From contig JAURVQ010000033.1 in the NCBI GenBank assembly GCA_030655395.1, forward strand, positions 493 through 64,492: 64,000 nt of DNA. The letters run 5' to 3'. Position 1 is the first letter of the stretch, and every line of letters begins with the position of its first letter. A program made the position numbers and the translations under genes. Source of the DNA: Gammaproteobacteria bacterium. Lineage in GTDB: Bacteria > Pseudomonadota > Gammaproteobacteria > SURF-13. Below the pieces are notes generated by a model. That model did no database searches, was not told where the DNA came from, and saw nothing but the letters and a program-made list of their open reading frames with translations. Shown piece after piece: positions 31,449 to 41,302 of this stretch.

Positions 31449-32665
31449 TGGGCCCGATGCTCGCCGAGGCGTGGCATGGGATGAGCGCGAACCGGCTGCG
31501 CACGTTTCTCACCATGCTCGGCATGGTGATCGGCGTCGGCGCCGTCATCCTGATGCTGGCCATCGGCCGCGGCGCGCAGTTTCAGGTGGATCAGTCTATC
31601 GCGTCGATGGGGAGCAACCTGTTCATCATCCTGTCGGGCTCCTCAACCGCAGGCGGCGTGCGGCTGGGCGGCGGAGCCGCACCCACCCTTACCTTGGGCG
31701 ATGCGCAGGCCATCGCGGAGCTGCCCAGCCTTGCGGCGGTTGCGCCCACCGTGCCCGGCGGCGCGCAGATCGTGTATGGACAAAACAACTGGGGCACGCA
31801 GGTGTTGGGAACAACGCCGAGCTATCTCGAGGTGCGCGACTGGCACATCGAAGCCGGATATCCCTTCACCGACTCGGACGTGCGCTCTGCCACGCGCGTG
31901 GCGCTGATCGGGCAGACCGTCGCAAAGAATCTGTTCGGCGAAGAGGAGCCGGTCGGCAAGACGATACGCATCAAGCAAAGCCCGTACCTCGTCATCGGCG
32001 TGCTCGCGGCGAAGGGGCAGAGCCTGGACGGACGCGATCAGGACGACACCATCCTCGTTCCGGTGACCACCGCGCAACGCAAACTCTTCGGCACCCAGTT
32101 TCAGGGTACCGTGCGCTTCATCATGGCGCAGGCCACTGCGCCGGAGGCCATGGCGGGCGCGGAGCGTGCCATCAACCAGTTGCTGCGCCAGCGCCATCAC
32201 CTGCAGGAAGGCACGGACAGCGATTTCACCGTGAGAAATCTCACTGCGGTCGCCAACACCGCAGCGGAAACCGCCCGCATCATGTCGCTCATGCTGGGCG
32301 CGATCGCCTCCATCTCGCTCGTGGTCGGCGGCATCGGCATCATGAACATCATGCTGGTGTCCGTCACCGAGCGCACACGCGAGATCGGCATCCGCATGGC
32401 CGTCGGCGCACGCCAGCGCGACATCCTGTTACAGTTTCTGCTGGAGGCCATCATCATTTCCGTCGTGGGCTGTCTGGTGGGAGTGATACTCGGCGTAGGT
32501 GGCGCAGTGCTGGCAAATAAAATCACCGGGACCGCCGTGGTCATCACCCTGAGTTCGGTTGTCATGGCGTTCCTCGTCGCCGCTGGCGTAGGGGTGTTTT
32601 TCGGATTCTATCCCGCCAACAAGGCCGCACGCCTGAAACCCATTGATGCGCTGCGATACCAGTAA
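31445..32665 (+). CDS. ABC transporter permease (FtsX/MacB-type)
   Basis: 406 aa with an N-terminal TM, a periplasmic domain and three C-terminal TMs; ATGA overlap with the ATPase gene. Confidence 0.8.
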   Translation: MMGPMLAEAWHGMSANRLRTFLTMLGMVIGVGAVILMLAIGRGAQFQVDQSIASMGSNLFIILSGSSTAGGVRLGGGAAPTLTLGDAQAIAELPSLAAVAPTVPGGAQIVYGQNNWGTQVLGTTPSYLEVRDWHIEAGYPFTDSDVRSATRVALIGQTVAKNLFGEEEPVGKTIRIKQSPYLVIGVLAAKGQSLDGRDQDDTILVPVTTAQRKLFGTQFQGTVRFIMAQATAPEAMAGAERAINQLLRQRHHLQEGTDSDFTVRNLTAVANTAAETARIMSLMLGAIASISLVVGGIGIMNIMLVSVTERTREIGIRMAVGARQRDILLQFLLEAIIISVVGCLVGVILGVGGAVLANKITGTAVVITLSSVVMAFLVAAGVGVFFGFYPANKAARLKPIDALRYQ

Positions 32666-32891
32666 TAATGCTGGTTTCATCTGCCCCCGCACCCTTCTCT
32701 TTGCTCCTCCCTCCGGGTGAGCCCATTATTGTTTTCCCCTCTCCTTCTGGGAGAGGGTCGGGGTGAGGGGGAAAGCGTGAGCGCGCACTATTTATCGGTT
32801 CCCTCAGTCCTGTCCGTCAACTCATTAAAGGAATCTTCCCCCTTCAATGCGATCCATGCCATTAGGCGGAAGTGCAATGGCTCTAGCTGAA

Positions 32892-33638
32892 ATGTACCTA
32901 GACGAAAGCGAGGTGGACGAGCACACGATCCTCTGTGTTGCTGGTTACTTGTTCACCAAAGATGGCTGCGAAGCGCTTCAGAGAGAGTGGGAGCCCGCAT
33001 TGGTGGAAAGTGGAATCCCCTACTTCCACATGGGCGATTGCGCGCACGGCAATGAGCATTTCAAGGACATGGAAACCCCTAAGCGCTCGAAAATTCAGCG
33101 CCGCTTCTTCGAAATACTCAAGCGGCACCTTTGGGCCGGATTTTCCGTCACCTTCGAGATGAAGCACCAACATCTACTGCCCAGCTCTCTCAATCTCGGG
33201 ATAGAAAAAGTCACCCCTTACGCATTGTGTTGCTATTGGTGTCTTCACTTCGCACGCAATTATCTCCGTGAGAAGAGCTTTGACGGCGAAGTCGCATACT
33301 TCTTTGAAGCCGGACACAGCCATCAGCATCAAGCGGCCACGATCATGGATTCAATCTACAAGGCCCCGGCCATGCGGCAGCATTTCAGGCTGGCCTCGTA
33401 CTCATTTGTGGACAAACGGCATTCCGGCGCTATCCAGTGCGCCGACATTCTCGCTTGGCAATGGGGCAAGAACACGAAGGAGAGGAACCACGGAAACGAC
33501 AGGCCAAGACGCGATCTAATGAGCTTGCTAGAAAAACCCCACTTCACGATCCACTTCAATGAAAAACTGATCTTGGAGTTTGTGGAGCTTCTGCGGCGAC
33601 AGAGGCAAGAACTGGATGCTAAAAAAATCCATGAATAA
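32892..33638 (+). CDS. DUF3800-like hypothetical protein (lower-GC islet)
   Basis: N-terminal MYLDESE(V) and C-terminal IQCADILAWQ match the two signature motifs (DES and QxxD) recalled for DUF3800. Local GC is about 50%. The ATG at 32847 or 32877 is an alternative start. Confidence 0.45.
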   Translation: MYLDESEVDEHTILCVAGYLFTKDGCEALQREWEPALVESGIPYFHMGDCAHGNEHFKDMETPKRSKIQRRFFEILKRHLWAGFSVTFEMKHQHLLPSSLNLGIEKVTPYALCCYWCLHFARNYLREKSFDGEVAYFFEAGHSHQHQAATIMDSIYKAPAMRQHFRLASYSFVDKRHSGAIQCADILAWQWGKNTKERNHGNDRPRRDLMSLLEKPHFTIHFNEKLILEFVELLRRQRQELDAKKIHE

Positions 33639-33700
33639 AGGGGCCGGAGCCCTTTTAGCTATGCTATTGTCAAATATGCACATTGTGCATATACTGAGGT

Positions 33701-33966
33701 GTGCGCTTTCAATTCGACCCACGAAAATCCGCTTCCAATCTCAAGAAGCACGGGGTTTCGTTCGCCGATGCTGAAGGCGTGTTCTTTGATCCGCTGTCCA
33801 TACACCAAACAGATTCCGGCGCAGAAAACGAAGCAAGGTTTATGGCCGTCGGAATGGGAAGCTCCGGGCAAATCTAGTGGTGGTGTATACGCTGCGTGGT
33901 GACGACATCAGGCTGATTTCCGCGCGCCATGCTACTCATCGAGAGGTTATAACCTATGAAACGTGA
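33701..33966 (+). pseudogene. brnT: brnT-like (DUF497/RelE-fold) toxin gene disrupted by a 1-nt frameshift
   Basis: Frame 1: (V)RFQFDPRKSASNLKKHGVSFADAEGVFFDPLSIHQTDSGAENEARFMAVGMGSSGQI, then stop TAG at 33875-77. Frame +1 continues LVVVYTLRGDDIRLISARHATHREVITYET*. One extra nt in caaatc|tagtg would restore the typical BrnT GQILVVVY. Confidence 0.65.
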
Positions 33967-34258
33967 ATATGATTTTTCCAAGGGTAAACGCGGCGCGCTT
34001 CTTCCGGCAAAGGGCAAAACACGCATCACCATTTTCATCGACGACGCAGTGCTTGCATCATTTCGGGCGCGCGCGGAAAAGGCAGGGACAGGTTATCAAA
34101 CCATGATGAACGAGGCCCTTCGGGTATTCTTGTCTGCTCGTGCAGAGGAGCCGCTTACCGAGTCGGTACTTCGCCAAGTCATTCGCGAAGAAGTACCAAA
34201 GCTATCTCGGCCAGCATCACGCCCAAGCGGACGCGGCAAACAGAGCCGCGCCGCTTAG
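33956..34258 (+). CDS. brnA: BrnA-type antitoxin (CopG/RHH-like, COG3514)
   Basis: MKREYDFSKGKRGALLPAKGKTRITIFIDDAVLASFRARAEKAGTGYQTMMNEALRVFL is a typical BrnA. Its start overlaps the brnT 3' end. Confidence 0.65.
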   Translation: MKREYDFSKGKRGALLPAKGKTRITIFIDDAVLASFRARAEKAGTGYQTMMNEALRVFLSARAEEPLTESVLRQVIREEVPKLSRPASRPSGRGKQSRAA

Positions 34259-34351
34259 CTAACGCGCTAACCCTATAAGGATCAAGTGTTAGGCGTTTAC
34301 CGATAAACTTGCTCACGCTACAATTAAAACCTGCAATCTGGAGGATCGGTC

Positions 34352-34573
34352 ATGTCAACACAATTTGAAGCCCTTGAGGCTGAGGTATTAAAACTCGCAC
34401 CCGCCGATCGCGCATTGTTGGCTGAGCACCTTATCGCCAGCCTTGATGAAGATAGCGAAATCGCAGCGGCTTGGGCTGCTGAAGTTGAAAGACGTGTTGC
34501 CGAAGTTGAGAGTGGGGCGGTTGTCGGCATGCCATGCGGCGAGGTGATTGCACAAGCTCGCGCAGCAAAGTAA
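34352..34573 (+). CDS. putative addiction-module antitoxin (TIGR02574-like small protein), orphan
   Basis: 73 aa with LAPADRALLAEHLIASLDED...AAWAAEVERRVAEVESGAVVGMPCGEVIAQARAAK, the family pattern. GGAGG RBS upstream; no toxin gene downstream. Confidence 0.5.
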   Translation: MSTQFEALEAEVLKLAPADRALLAEHLIASLDEDSEIAAAWAAEVERRVAEVESGAVVGMPCGEVIAQARAAK

Positions 34574-34596
34574 GGATTTATATTCAAAGTTAAGGT

Positions 34597-34640
34597 CACC
34601 CGGTACTAAATCAGGCTGATTTCCCGCGCCGGGAGGGGTG
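34597..34640 (+). other. Decayed remnant matching the 3' end of brnT (atcaggctgatttcc(c)gcgcc)
   Basis: About 22 of 23 nt identical to 33907-33929 inside brnT. Translation gives IRLISRAG versus BrnT IRLISARH, with no intact ORF. Confidence 0.35.
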
Positions 34641-34653
34641 GTTTGGGTTATAA
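34620..34653 (+). promoter_or_regulatory. Candidate sigma70 -10 element (gggTTATAATttg) upstream of lepA
   Basis: Strong TATAAT at 34648-34653 about 28 nt upstream of the lepA start; weak -35 (ttcccg). Confidence 0.25.
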
Positions 34654-34680
34654 TTTGCCTCCGCAACAAGGTGTTGGACA

Positions 34681-36483
34681 GTGGTTCCTATCTCGCATAT
34701 TCGCAATTTTTCCATCATCGCTCACATCGATCACGGCAAGTCCACGCTGGCGGACCGCTTTATCGAGATTTGCGGTGGACTGACCGCGCGCGAGATGTCG
34801 GCGCAGGTGCTGGATTCGATGGATCTGGAGCGTGAGCGCGGTATCACCATCAAGGCGCAGTGCGTGTCGCTCAATTACACGGCGGGCAACGGCGAGACTT
34901 ACCTGCTCAACCTCATCGATACGCCCGGCCACGTCGATTTTTCCTATGAGGTGTCGCGCTCGCTCGCGGCGTGCGAGGGCGCGCTGCTGGTGGTGGACGC
35001 GGCGCAGGGCGTGGGCGCGCAGAGCGTGGCCAACTGTTACATCGCCATCGAGCAGGGGCTCACGGTGGTGCCGGTGCTGAACAAGGTGGACCTCCCCACT
35101 GCGGAGCCAGAACGGGTCATCAAGGAAATCGAAGAGATCATCGGCATCGAGGCCGAGACTGCGCTGCATGTGAGCGCGAAGACCGGCCTCGGTGTGAAAG
35201 AGGTGCTGGAAGAGGTCATCCGGCTGGTCCCCGCGCCCGGCGGAGATGCCGCTCTGCCGCTGCAGGCCCTCATCATCGATTCATGGTTTGACAATTTCGT
35301 GGGCGTGATCTCGCTCGTGCGCGTGATGCAGGGCCGCATCACGCCCAAGGACAAGATCAAGGTGATGTCCACCGGGCGCGCGTTCCAGGTGGAGAAGGTG
35401 GGCATCTTCACGCCCAAGCGCACCGAGACGCAGGGGCTCGGTGCGGGCGAGGTGGGCTATATGATCGCCGGCATCAAGGACGTGAACGGCGCGCCGGTGG
35501 GCGACACGCTCACGCACGTCGACCGCCCGGCGCTGAAGGCGTTGGCCGGTTTCAAGGCGGTGCAGCCGCAGGTGTTCGCGGGGCTGTTCCCGATCGACGC
35601 GGAAGATTACGAGGCATTCCGCGAGGCGCTCGGCAAGCTGAAGCTGAACGACGCCTCGCTGCATTACGAGCCGGAGACCTCGCAGGCGCTGGGCTTCGGC
35701 TTCCGTTGCGGATTTCTCGGCCTGCTGCACATGGAGATTGTGCAGGAGCGGCTGGAGCGCGAATATCAGCTCAATCTGATCAGCACCGCGCCCACGGTGG
35801 TGTATGAGGTGCTGACCACCAAGGGTGAGGTGGTGCGCGTGGACAGTCCGTCCAAGCTGCCGCCGCAGAACCAGATTGCCGAGACGCGCGAGCCGATCAT
35901 CCGTGCTGACATCTTCGTGCCGCAGCAATTTCTGGGCGAGGTGCTCGGCCTGTGTGAGGAAAAGCGCGGCACGCAGAAGAATCTGCAATTTCACGGCAAG
36001 CAGGTGTCGCTGTCCTACGATCTGCCCTTGAACGAGGTGGTGATGGATTTCTTCGACCGTTTGAAATCTGTGAGCCGGGGCTATGCGTCCTTCAGCTATC
36101 AGTTTGACCGCTTTCAGGCCGCGGATCTGGAGCGGCTCGATATTCTCATCAACGGCGAGCGCGTGGATGCGCTGTCGCTCATCGTGCACCGCGCGCGCAG
36201 CCAGAGCCGCGGGCGCGAACTGGTGGAGAAGATGAAGGAGATCATCCCGCGCCAGATGTTCGAGGTCGCCATCCAGGCCGCGGTCGGCACGCACGTGATT
36301 GCGCGCCAGACGGTGAAGGCGATGCGTAAAAACGTCATCGCAAAATGCGACGGCGGCGACATCTCGCGCAAACGCAAGCTGCTGGAAAAACAAAAGGCCG
36401 GCAAGAAACGCATGAAGCAGGTGGGCCGGGTGGAAATTCCGCAGGAGGCATTTTTGGCCGTGCTCAAGGTGGGCAAACGATGA
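34681..36483 (+). CDS. lepA: elongation factor 4 (LepA)
   Basis: [24 protein letters not shown]1 motif, [12 protein letters not shown] and the LepA-specific C-terminal domain. Confidence 0.9.
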   Translation: MVPISHIRNFSIIAHIDHGKSTLADRFIEICGGLTAREMSAQVLDSMDLERERGITIKAQCVSLNYTAGNGETYLLNLIDTPGHVDFSYEVSRSLAACEGALLVVDAAQGVGAQSVANCYIAIEQGLTVVPVLNKVDLPTAEPERVIKEIEEIIGIEAETALHVSAKTGLGVKEVLEEVIRLVPAPGGDAALPLQALIIDSWFDNFVGVISLVRVMQGRITPKDKIKVMSTGRAFQVEKVGIFTPKRTETQGLGAGEVGYMIAGIKDVNGAPVGDTLTHVDRPALKALAGFKAVQPQVFAGLFPIDAEDYEAFREALGKLKLNDASLHYEPETSQALGFGFRCGFLGLLHMEIVQERLEREYQLNLISTAPTVVYEVLTTKGEVVRVDSPSKLPPQNQIAETREPIIRADIFVPQQFLGEVLGLCEEKRGTQKNLQFHGKQVSLSYDLPLNEVVMDFFDRLKSVSRGYASFSYQFDRFQAADLERLDILINGERVDALSLIVHRARSQSRGRELVEKMKEIIPRQMFEVAIQAAVGTHVIARQTVKAMRKNVIAKCDGGDISRKRKLLEKQKAGKKRMKQVGRVEIPQEAFLAVLKVGKR

Positions 36484-37301
36484 ATGTTGATTTTGCAGCA
36501 GTACTGTTAGGCGCGGTGGTGGTGAGCGGCGCCATCTGGGCGGTGGATGCCCTCCTGTTCGCGCCACGCCGGCGCGCGGATATCGCGCGGCTGCGCGCGG
36601 GCGCTGCATCACAGCCTGAGATTGAGCGGCTTGAGCGCGGGCCGGTGCTGGTCGAATACGCGCGCTCGTTCTTCCCCGTGTTTCTGGCGGTGCTGATGCT
36701 GCGCTCGTTTCTGGTGGAGCCGTTTCGCATACCGTCCAACTCGATGATGCCGACGCTGCTCACCGGCGATTTTATTCTGGTGAACAAATTCACCTACGGC
36801 ATACGCCTGCCGGTGGCCGACAAAAAAATCATCGACATCAACGAGCCGCAGCGTGGCGATGTGGTGGTATTTCGTTATCCGCTCGAACCCTCGGTGGATT
36901 ACATCAAGCGCGTGGTCGGCGTGCCGGGCGACCATATCGCCTATTACAACAAGGTCCTGAGCGTAAACGGCCAGCCCATGCCGCAGGAGGCCGTGGGGGT
37001 GTACACCGGCGTAGGCGCGGGCAGCGGCATGACCGGCGCGGACTTGTTGCGCGAGTCCCTGGGCGGCGTGGCGCATCCGATCCTGATCCGCCCCGGCCAG
37101 TCCTCTCTGGAGGGCGAATTTACCGTGCCGCCGGGGCAGTATTTCGTGATGGGCGATAATCGCGACAACAGCAACGACAGCCGCTACTGGGGCACGGTGC
37201 CGGAGCAGAATCTGGTGGGCAAGGCGTTTATGATCTGGATGAATTGGGATGCCTCTAACGGTGGTGTATCATGGGGGCGCATCGGATCGGGCATCAGGTG
37301 A
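36480..37301 (+). CDS. lepB: signal peptidase I (LepB)
   Basis: Internal start [15 protein letters not shown] overlapping the lepA stop (ATGA); catalytic SNSMMPTL and [14 protein letters not shown] boxes. Confidence 0.85.
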   Translation: MNVDFAAVLLGAVVVSGAIWAVDALLFAPRRRADIARLRAGAASQPEIERLERGPVLVEYARSFFPVFLAVLMLRSFLVEPFRIPSNSMMPTLLTGDFILVNKFTYGIRLPVADKKIIDINEPQRGDVVVFRYPLEPSVDYIKRVVGVPGDHIAYYNKVLSVNGQPMPQEAVGVYTGVGAGSGMTGADLLRESLGGVAHPILIRPGQSSLEGEFTVPPGQYFVMGDNRDNSNDSRYWGTVPEQNLVGKAFMIWMNWDASNGGVSWGRIGSGIR

Positions 37302-37311
37302 TGCACTGTTC

Positions 37312-37465
37312 TCGTTACTCAGGAGACACAAAGCAAGAATACACGGCAGGCCAGGTGTCTCCTGAGTAAAAAACCCTGTTTACTCTACCCCCACCCTGTC
37401 CCGCCCCCTCAGCAGGGGGCGGGGATGTGTAGAAGAGCGTAGCCTTAATTACTGACTTATGAGTA
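37312..37465 (+). repeat. Composite structured repeat, copy 3 (between lepB and the DUF4845 gene)
   Basis: ttactcaggagacacaaagcaag...gtgtctcctgagtaa + aaccctgtttactctacccccaccctgtcccgccccct cagc agggggcgggga + gtgtag...gacttatgagtaa. Confidence 0.5.
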
Positions 37466-37489
37466 AATGTGACCCACGAGGGAGAGGCC

Positions 37490-37861
37490 ATGTATAACAC
37501 CCATACGCAACGCGGCATGTCGTCAGTCGGGTTTATCATCGTTCTTGCGCTGATCGGATTATTTGTGCTGGTGACGCTTAAATTATTTCCGGCCTACATG
37601 GAGAGCTTCAAGGTAACGTCCGCGATGGATTCAATCAAGAGCCAGCCCGGCATCGGTGAAAAAGGTAAGGGCGAAGTCATCGACATGTTGATGAAACGTC
37701 TGAATGTGGACAATGTGGATAACGTCAAGCCGGGCAATATCGATGTCCGGCCGCGCGACGGCGGCGGGTTGCTGCTCGGCGTCAAGTATGAAACCAGGGG
37801 CACCCTGTTCGGCAATCTCGATTTTGTGGTGCGCTTCGACAAGAGCGTGGAGTTGCGTTGA
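37490..37861 (+). CDS. DUF4845-like small membrane protein (conserved lepB-rnc gene)
   Basis: MYNTHTQRGMSSVGFIIVLALIGLFVLVTLKLFPAYMESFKV...; GAGGGAGAGG RBS before ATG 37490 (the track ORF starts at an upstream GTG at 37469). Confidence 0.5.
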   Translation: MYNTHTQRGMSSVGFIIVLALIGLFVLVTLKLFPAYMESFKVTSAMDSIKSQPGIGEKGKGEVIDMLMKRLNVDNVDNVKPGNIDVRPRDGGGLLLGVKYETRGTLFGNLDFVVRFDKSVELR

Positions 37862-38532
37862 GCGCGCCGCTCAAGCGCCTGTGCCCGACGCTTGGATACC
37901 GTTTTATCAACGCCGGGCTGCTGGAAGATGCGCTCACTCACCGCAGTGTGGCCGGCGCCAACAACGAGCGGCTGGAATTCCTCGGCGACGCCATTTTGAA
38001 CTTCATCATTGCCGCTGAGCTTTACCAGCGCTTTCCCCAGGCGCGCGAAGGTGATCTCAGCCGGTTACGCGCGAGCCTGGTCAAGCGCGATGCACTGGCG
38101 GAGCTCGCGGGCAAGCTGCATCTCGGCGACTATCTGAGTCTGGGGCCGGGCGAACTCAAGAGCGGCGGTCAGCGCCGCGCCTCCACGCTCGCCGACGCGC
38201 TCGAAGCCATCATCGGCGCGGTCTATCTGGACGGCGGCTTTGAGGCAGGCCGCGACGTGGTGCTGGGCCTGTATCGCGACTCGCTGGAAAATCTGCCATC
38301 GGCGGCGGGCGTCAAAGACCCGAAGACCCGTCTGCAGGAATACCTCCAGTCGCGCCGCCAGCCCATACCGCAGTACAACGTGATCGACGTGGCGGGCGAG
38401 GCGCACGCGCAGACCTTTCGCATCGAGTGCCGCGTAACAGGCATACCGCCTACCGAAGGCGTGGGCAGCACACGCAGGCGCGCGGAGCAGGAAGCGGCCG
38501 AGCAGGCGCTCCGGCTGCTGGAGCAAGGTTAG
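37858..38532 (+). CDS. rnc: ribonuclease III
   Basis: LGYRFINAGLLEDALTHRS...NERLEFLGDAILN signature and a dsRBD C-terminus. TTG start overlapping the upstream stop. Confidence 0.85.
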   Translation: MSAPLKRLCPTLGYRFINAGLLEDALTHRSVAGANNERLEFLGDAILNFIIAAELYQRFPQAREGDLSRLRASLVKRDALAELAGKLHLGDYLSLGPGELKSGGQRRASTLADALEAIIGAVYLDGGFEAGRDVVLGLYRDSLENLPSAAGVKDPKTRLQEYLQSRRQPIPQYNVIDVAGEAHAQTFRIECRVTGIPPTEGVGSTRRRAEQEAAEQALRLLEQG

Positions 38533-39410
38533 TGCGAGCCGGATACGCCGCTATTGTGGGCCGCCCCAATGTGGGCAAGTCCACGCTGCTCAATCACCTG
38601 CTCGGGCAGAAAATCAGCATCACCTCGCGCCGCCCGCAGACCACGCGCCACCGTATCCTCGGCATCAGCAGCGGCAGCGGCTTCCAGATCATGTATGTGG
38701 ATACGCCCGGGCTGCACCACGCGGGCTCGCGTGCCATCAACAAGTACATGAACCGCGCGGCGACGTCTGCCATGAGCGATGTGGACGTGCTGATTTTTGT
38801 CGTCGAGGGGCTCTATTGGACGGAAGAAGACGACTACGTGCTGGAGAAACTCAAGGCGCTGAAGGCGCCGGTGATTCTGGTGATCAACAAGACCGACAGA
38901 ATTCCCGACAAAAAGGCGCTGTTGCCGCATATCCAGAAATTATCGGAAAAGATGAAGTTTGCGCACATCATTCCGCTCTCCGCACGCACTGGTGATAATC
39001 AGTCAGCGCTGGTGGATGCCGTGAAGGGCCTGTTGCCGGAAGGCGCGGCGCTGTATCCCGAAGACCAGATCACCGACCGCAGCGAACGCTTCATGGCGGC
39101 GGAATTCGTGCGCGAAAAACTCATGCGCAGCACCGGGCAGGAAGTGCCCTATGCCGTCACGGTGGAGATCGAAAAATTTACGCACCAGCGCGACGTGCTG
39201 CATATACACGCCGTGATCTGGGTGGAGCGCGAGGGGCAGAAGGCCATCATCATCGGCGAGAAGGGCGAGCGCCTCAAGCGCATCGGCACCCAGGCGCGCA
39301 TGGAGATGGAGCGCATGTTCCAGTCCAAGGTATTTTTGCAGCTTCTGGTGCGTGTGAAGGAAGGCTGGTCGGACGATGCACGCGCAATGGCGCGTATGGG
39401 CTACGAATGA
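38532..39410 (+). CDS. era: GTPase Era
   Basis: GTG start overlapping the rnc TAG; G1 motif AIVGRPNVGKSTLLN, DTPG, NKTD and a KH domain C-terminus. Confidence 0.85.
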   Translation: MRAGYAAIVGRPNVGKSTLLNHLLGQKISITSRRPQTTRHRILGISSGSGFQIMYVDTPGLHHAGSRAINKYMNRAATSAMSDVDVLIFVVEGLYWTEEDDYVLEKLKALKAPVILVINKTDRIPDKKALLPHIQKLSEKMKFAHIIPLSARTGDNQSALVDAVKGLLPEGAALYPEDQITDRSERFMAAEFVREKLMRSTGQEVPYAVTVEIEKFTHQRDVLHIHAVIWVEREGQKAIIIGEKGERLKRIGTQARMEMERMFQSKVFLQLLVRVKEGWSDDARAMARMGYE

Positions 39411-40174
39411 GCATCGCGCGCGTCAGCCTGCAGCCCGCCTTTGTGCTGCACCATCGTCCATACCGCGATACCAGTGCGCTGCTGGAGATTTTCACGCCGG
39501 AGTTCGGGCGCGTCGGTCTGGTCGCGCGCGGACTGAGATCGGCCAAGTCGCGCCTGCAGGGCGTGGTGCAGCCGTTCAACCCACTGCTGATTTCATGGAG
39601 CGGGCGCGGTGAACTCGCCACGCTCACCGGCTGCGAGCCAAACGGCGCGCTGGTGAGGCTGGACGGCGCGCGCGTCCTCAGCGGTTTTTATCTGAACGAA
39701 TTGCTGCTGCGGCTGTTGCACCGGCACGACCCGCATCCCGCGCTGTTTGAGTGCTACGCGCAAACGCTGCATCTGTTGCAGCAGCCCGACATGGAGCAGC
39801 GCGCGTTGCGCATTTTCGAAAAGCACCTGCTGCGCGAGATAGGTTATGCGCTGATGCTGGAGCACGAGGCGGAGAGCGGCGTGCCGATAGAGCCGGCGCA
39901 GGTGTATAGTTATCATCTGGAGCGCGGCCCGCTCACCTGCGCTGCAGGGGCGTATGCGGGCATCCGCATACAGGGCCACAGTCTGCTTGCGCTGCTGAAC
40001 GAAACCCTGCACGATGCGTCGAGCCTGCGTGAGGCCAAACTGCTCATGCGCGCCGCGCTCGGTTTGTATCTCGGTAATAAACCATTGCAGAGCCGTGAAT
40101 TGTATATCGACTTTCACAAGAGTCGCGCACCGTCGCCATCACCATCGGCGGCGGCTGTGCTGGGAAATGCATGA
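39407..40174 (+). CDS. recO: DNA repair protein RecO
   Basis: [33 protein letters not shown]-terminal OB fold; ATGA overlap with era. Confidence 0.8.
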   Translation: MSIARVSLQPAFVLHHRPYRDTSALLEIFTPEFGRVGLVARGLRSAKSRLQGVVQPFNPLLISWSGRGELATLTGCEPNGALVRLDGARVLSGFYLNELLLRLLHRHDPHPALFECYAQTLHLLQQPDMEQRALRIFEKHLLREIGYALMLEHEAESGVPIEPAQVYSYHLERGPLTCAAGAYAGIRIQGHSLLALLNETLHDASSLREAKLLMRAALGLYLGNKPLQSRELYIDFHKSRAPSPSPSAAAVLGNA

Positions 40175-40911
40175 TGAACAACGACATTTTGCTCGGCGTC
40201 AACATTGATCACGTCGCCACGCTGCGCGCGGCACGCGGCACGCGCTATCCCGATCCGGTACAGGCCGCCTTCGAGGCGGAGCAGGCCGGGGCGGATGCCA
40301 TCACGCTGCACCTGCGCGAAGACCGGCGCCATATCCAGGAGCGCGACGTGGAGATGTTGAAAGACACGTTACAGACGCGCATGAATCTGGAGATGGCGGT
40401 GACCGACGCCATGCTCGCCTTCGCCGCGCGCATCAAACCGCACGATTGCTGCCTGGTGCCGGAGCGGCGCGAGGAGCTGACCACGGAAGGCGGCCTTGAC
40501 GTCGCCGGACAACTGCCGCGCATCACCGCGGCCTGTGCCGCACTCAAGGCTGCGGGCATACGCGTGTCATTGTTCATCGATGCCGATGCACGCCAGGTGG
40601 AGGCCGCCGCGCGCGCCGGTGCGCCGGTGATCGAGATACACACCGGGCACTACGCCGATGCGGAGGATGCCGGTGCGCGTGCGCAGGAGCTGGAGCGCAT
40701 TATCAGTGCAGTGAAGCTTGGCAGGAAATCAGGCATGCGGGTGAATGCCGGTCATGGCCTGCACTATCACAACGTCGCCGCCATCGCCGCGTTGCGCGAG
40801 GTGAGCGAACTCAATATCGGTCACGCCATCGTCGCGCGCGCTGTCTTTACCGGGCTGGCGGAGGCGGTGCGCGAGATGAAGCATTTGATGCGCGAGGCGC
40901 GCCGTGGCTGA
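40171..40911 (+). CDS. pdxJ: pyridoxine 5'-phosphate synthase PdxJ
   Basis: [23 protein letters not shown]...[17 protein letters not shown] is nearly diagnostic. Confidence 0.85.
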   Translation: MMNNDILLGVNIDHVATLRAARGTRYPDPVQAAFEAEQAGADAITLHLREDRRHIQERDVEMLKDTLQTRMNLEMAVTDAMLAFAARIKPHDCCLVPERREELTTEGGLDVAGQLPRITAACAALKAAGIRVSLFIDADARQVEAAARAGAPVIEIHTGHYADAEDAGARAQELERIISAVKLGRKSGMRVNAGHGLHYHNVAAIAALREVSELNIGHAIVARAVFTGLAEAVREMKHLMREARRG

Positions 40912-41293
40912 GCGCATCTTCGGCATCGGCACCGACATCGTGCGTGTATCGCGCATGCAGGCGAGCCTCACGCGTTACGGTGAGAAGTTCGCGCGCCGCA
41001 TACTCACGCTCAACGAACTCGCTGACTTTTCCCGCTGCGAACGTCCGGCGCATTTTCTGGCCAAGCGTTTTGCGGCCAAAGAGGCGGCAGCCAAGGCGCT
41101 GGGGCTGGGTTTCAGCGCCGGGCTCACGCCGCGCAACATCGGCGTTGCGCACGAGAAAAACGGCAAGCCGGTGCTTGAGTACCACGGCAAGGCGATCGCG
41201 CTGGTGAAAAAAATGGGTATCAGCGCGGGGCACGTCAGCATCGCCGATGAAGACGATCACGCCGTGGCATTTGTCACCCTGCTGGCGAAGTAA
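40904..41293 (+). CDS. acpS: holo-[acyl-carrier-protein] synthase AcpS
   Basis: GTG start; [14 protein letters not shown]...[12 protein letters not shown] motifs. Confidence 0.8.
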   Translation: MAERIFGIGTDIVRVSRMQASLTRYGEKFARRILTLNELADFSRCERPAHFLAKRFAAKEAAAKALGLGFSAGLTPRNIGVAHEKNGKPVLEYHGKAIALVKKMGISAGHVSIADEDDHAVAFVTLLAK

Positions 41294-41302
41294 GGCACGC
41301 AC

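Noticed and set aside
32690-34680. Possible retron or reverse-transcriptase partner for the DUF3800-like gene.
   Set aside because: No ORF with RT motifs (YxDD) and no inverted-repeat-flanked msr/msd-like ncRNA candidate is visible in or around the islet; the DUF3800 gene appears solitary with only TA debris.
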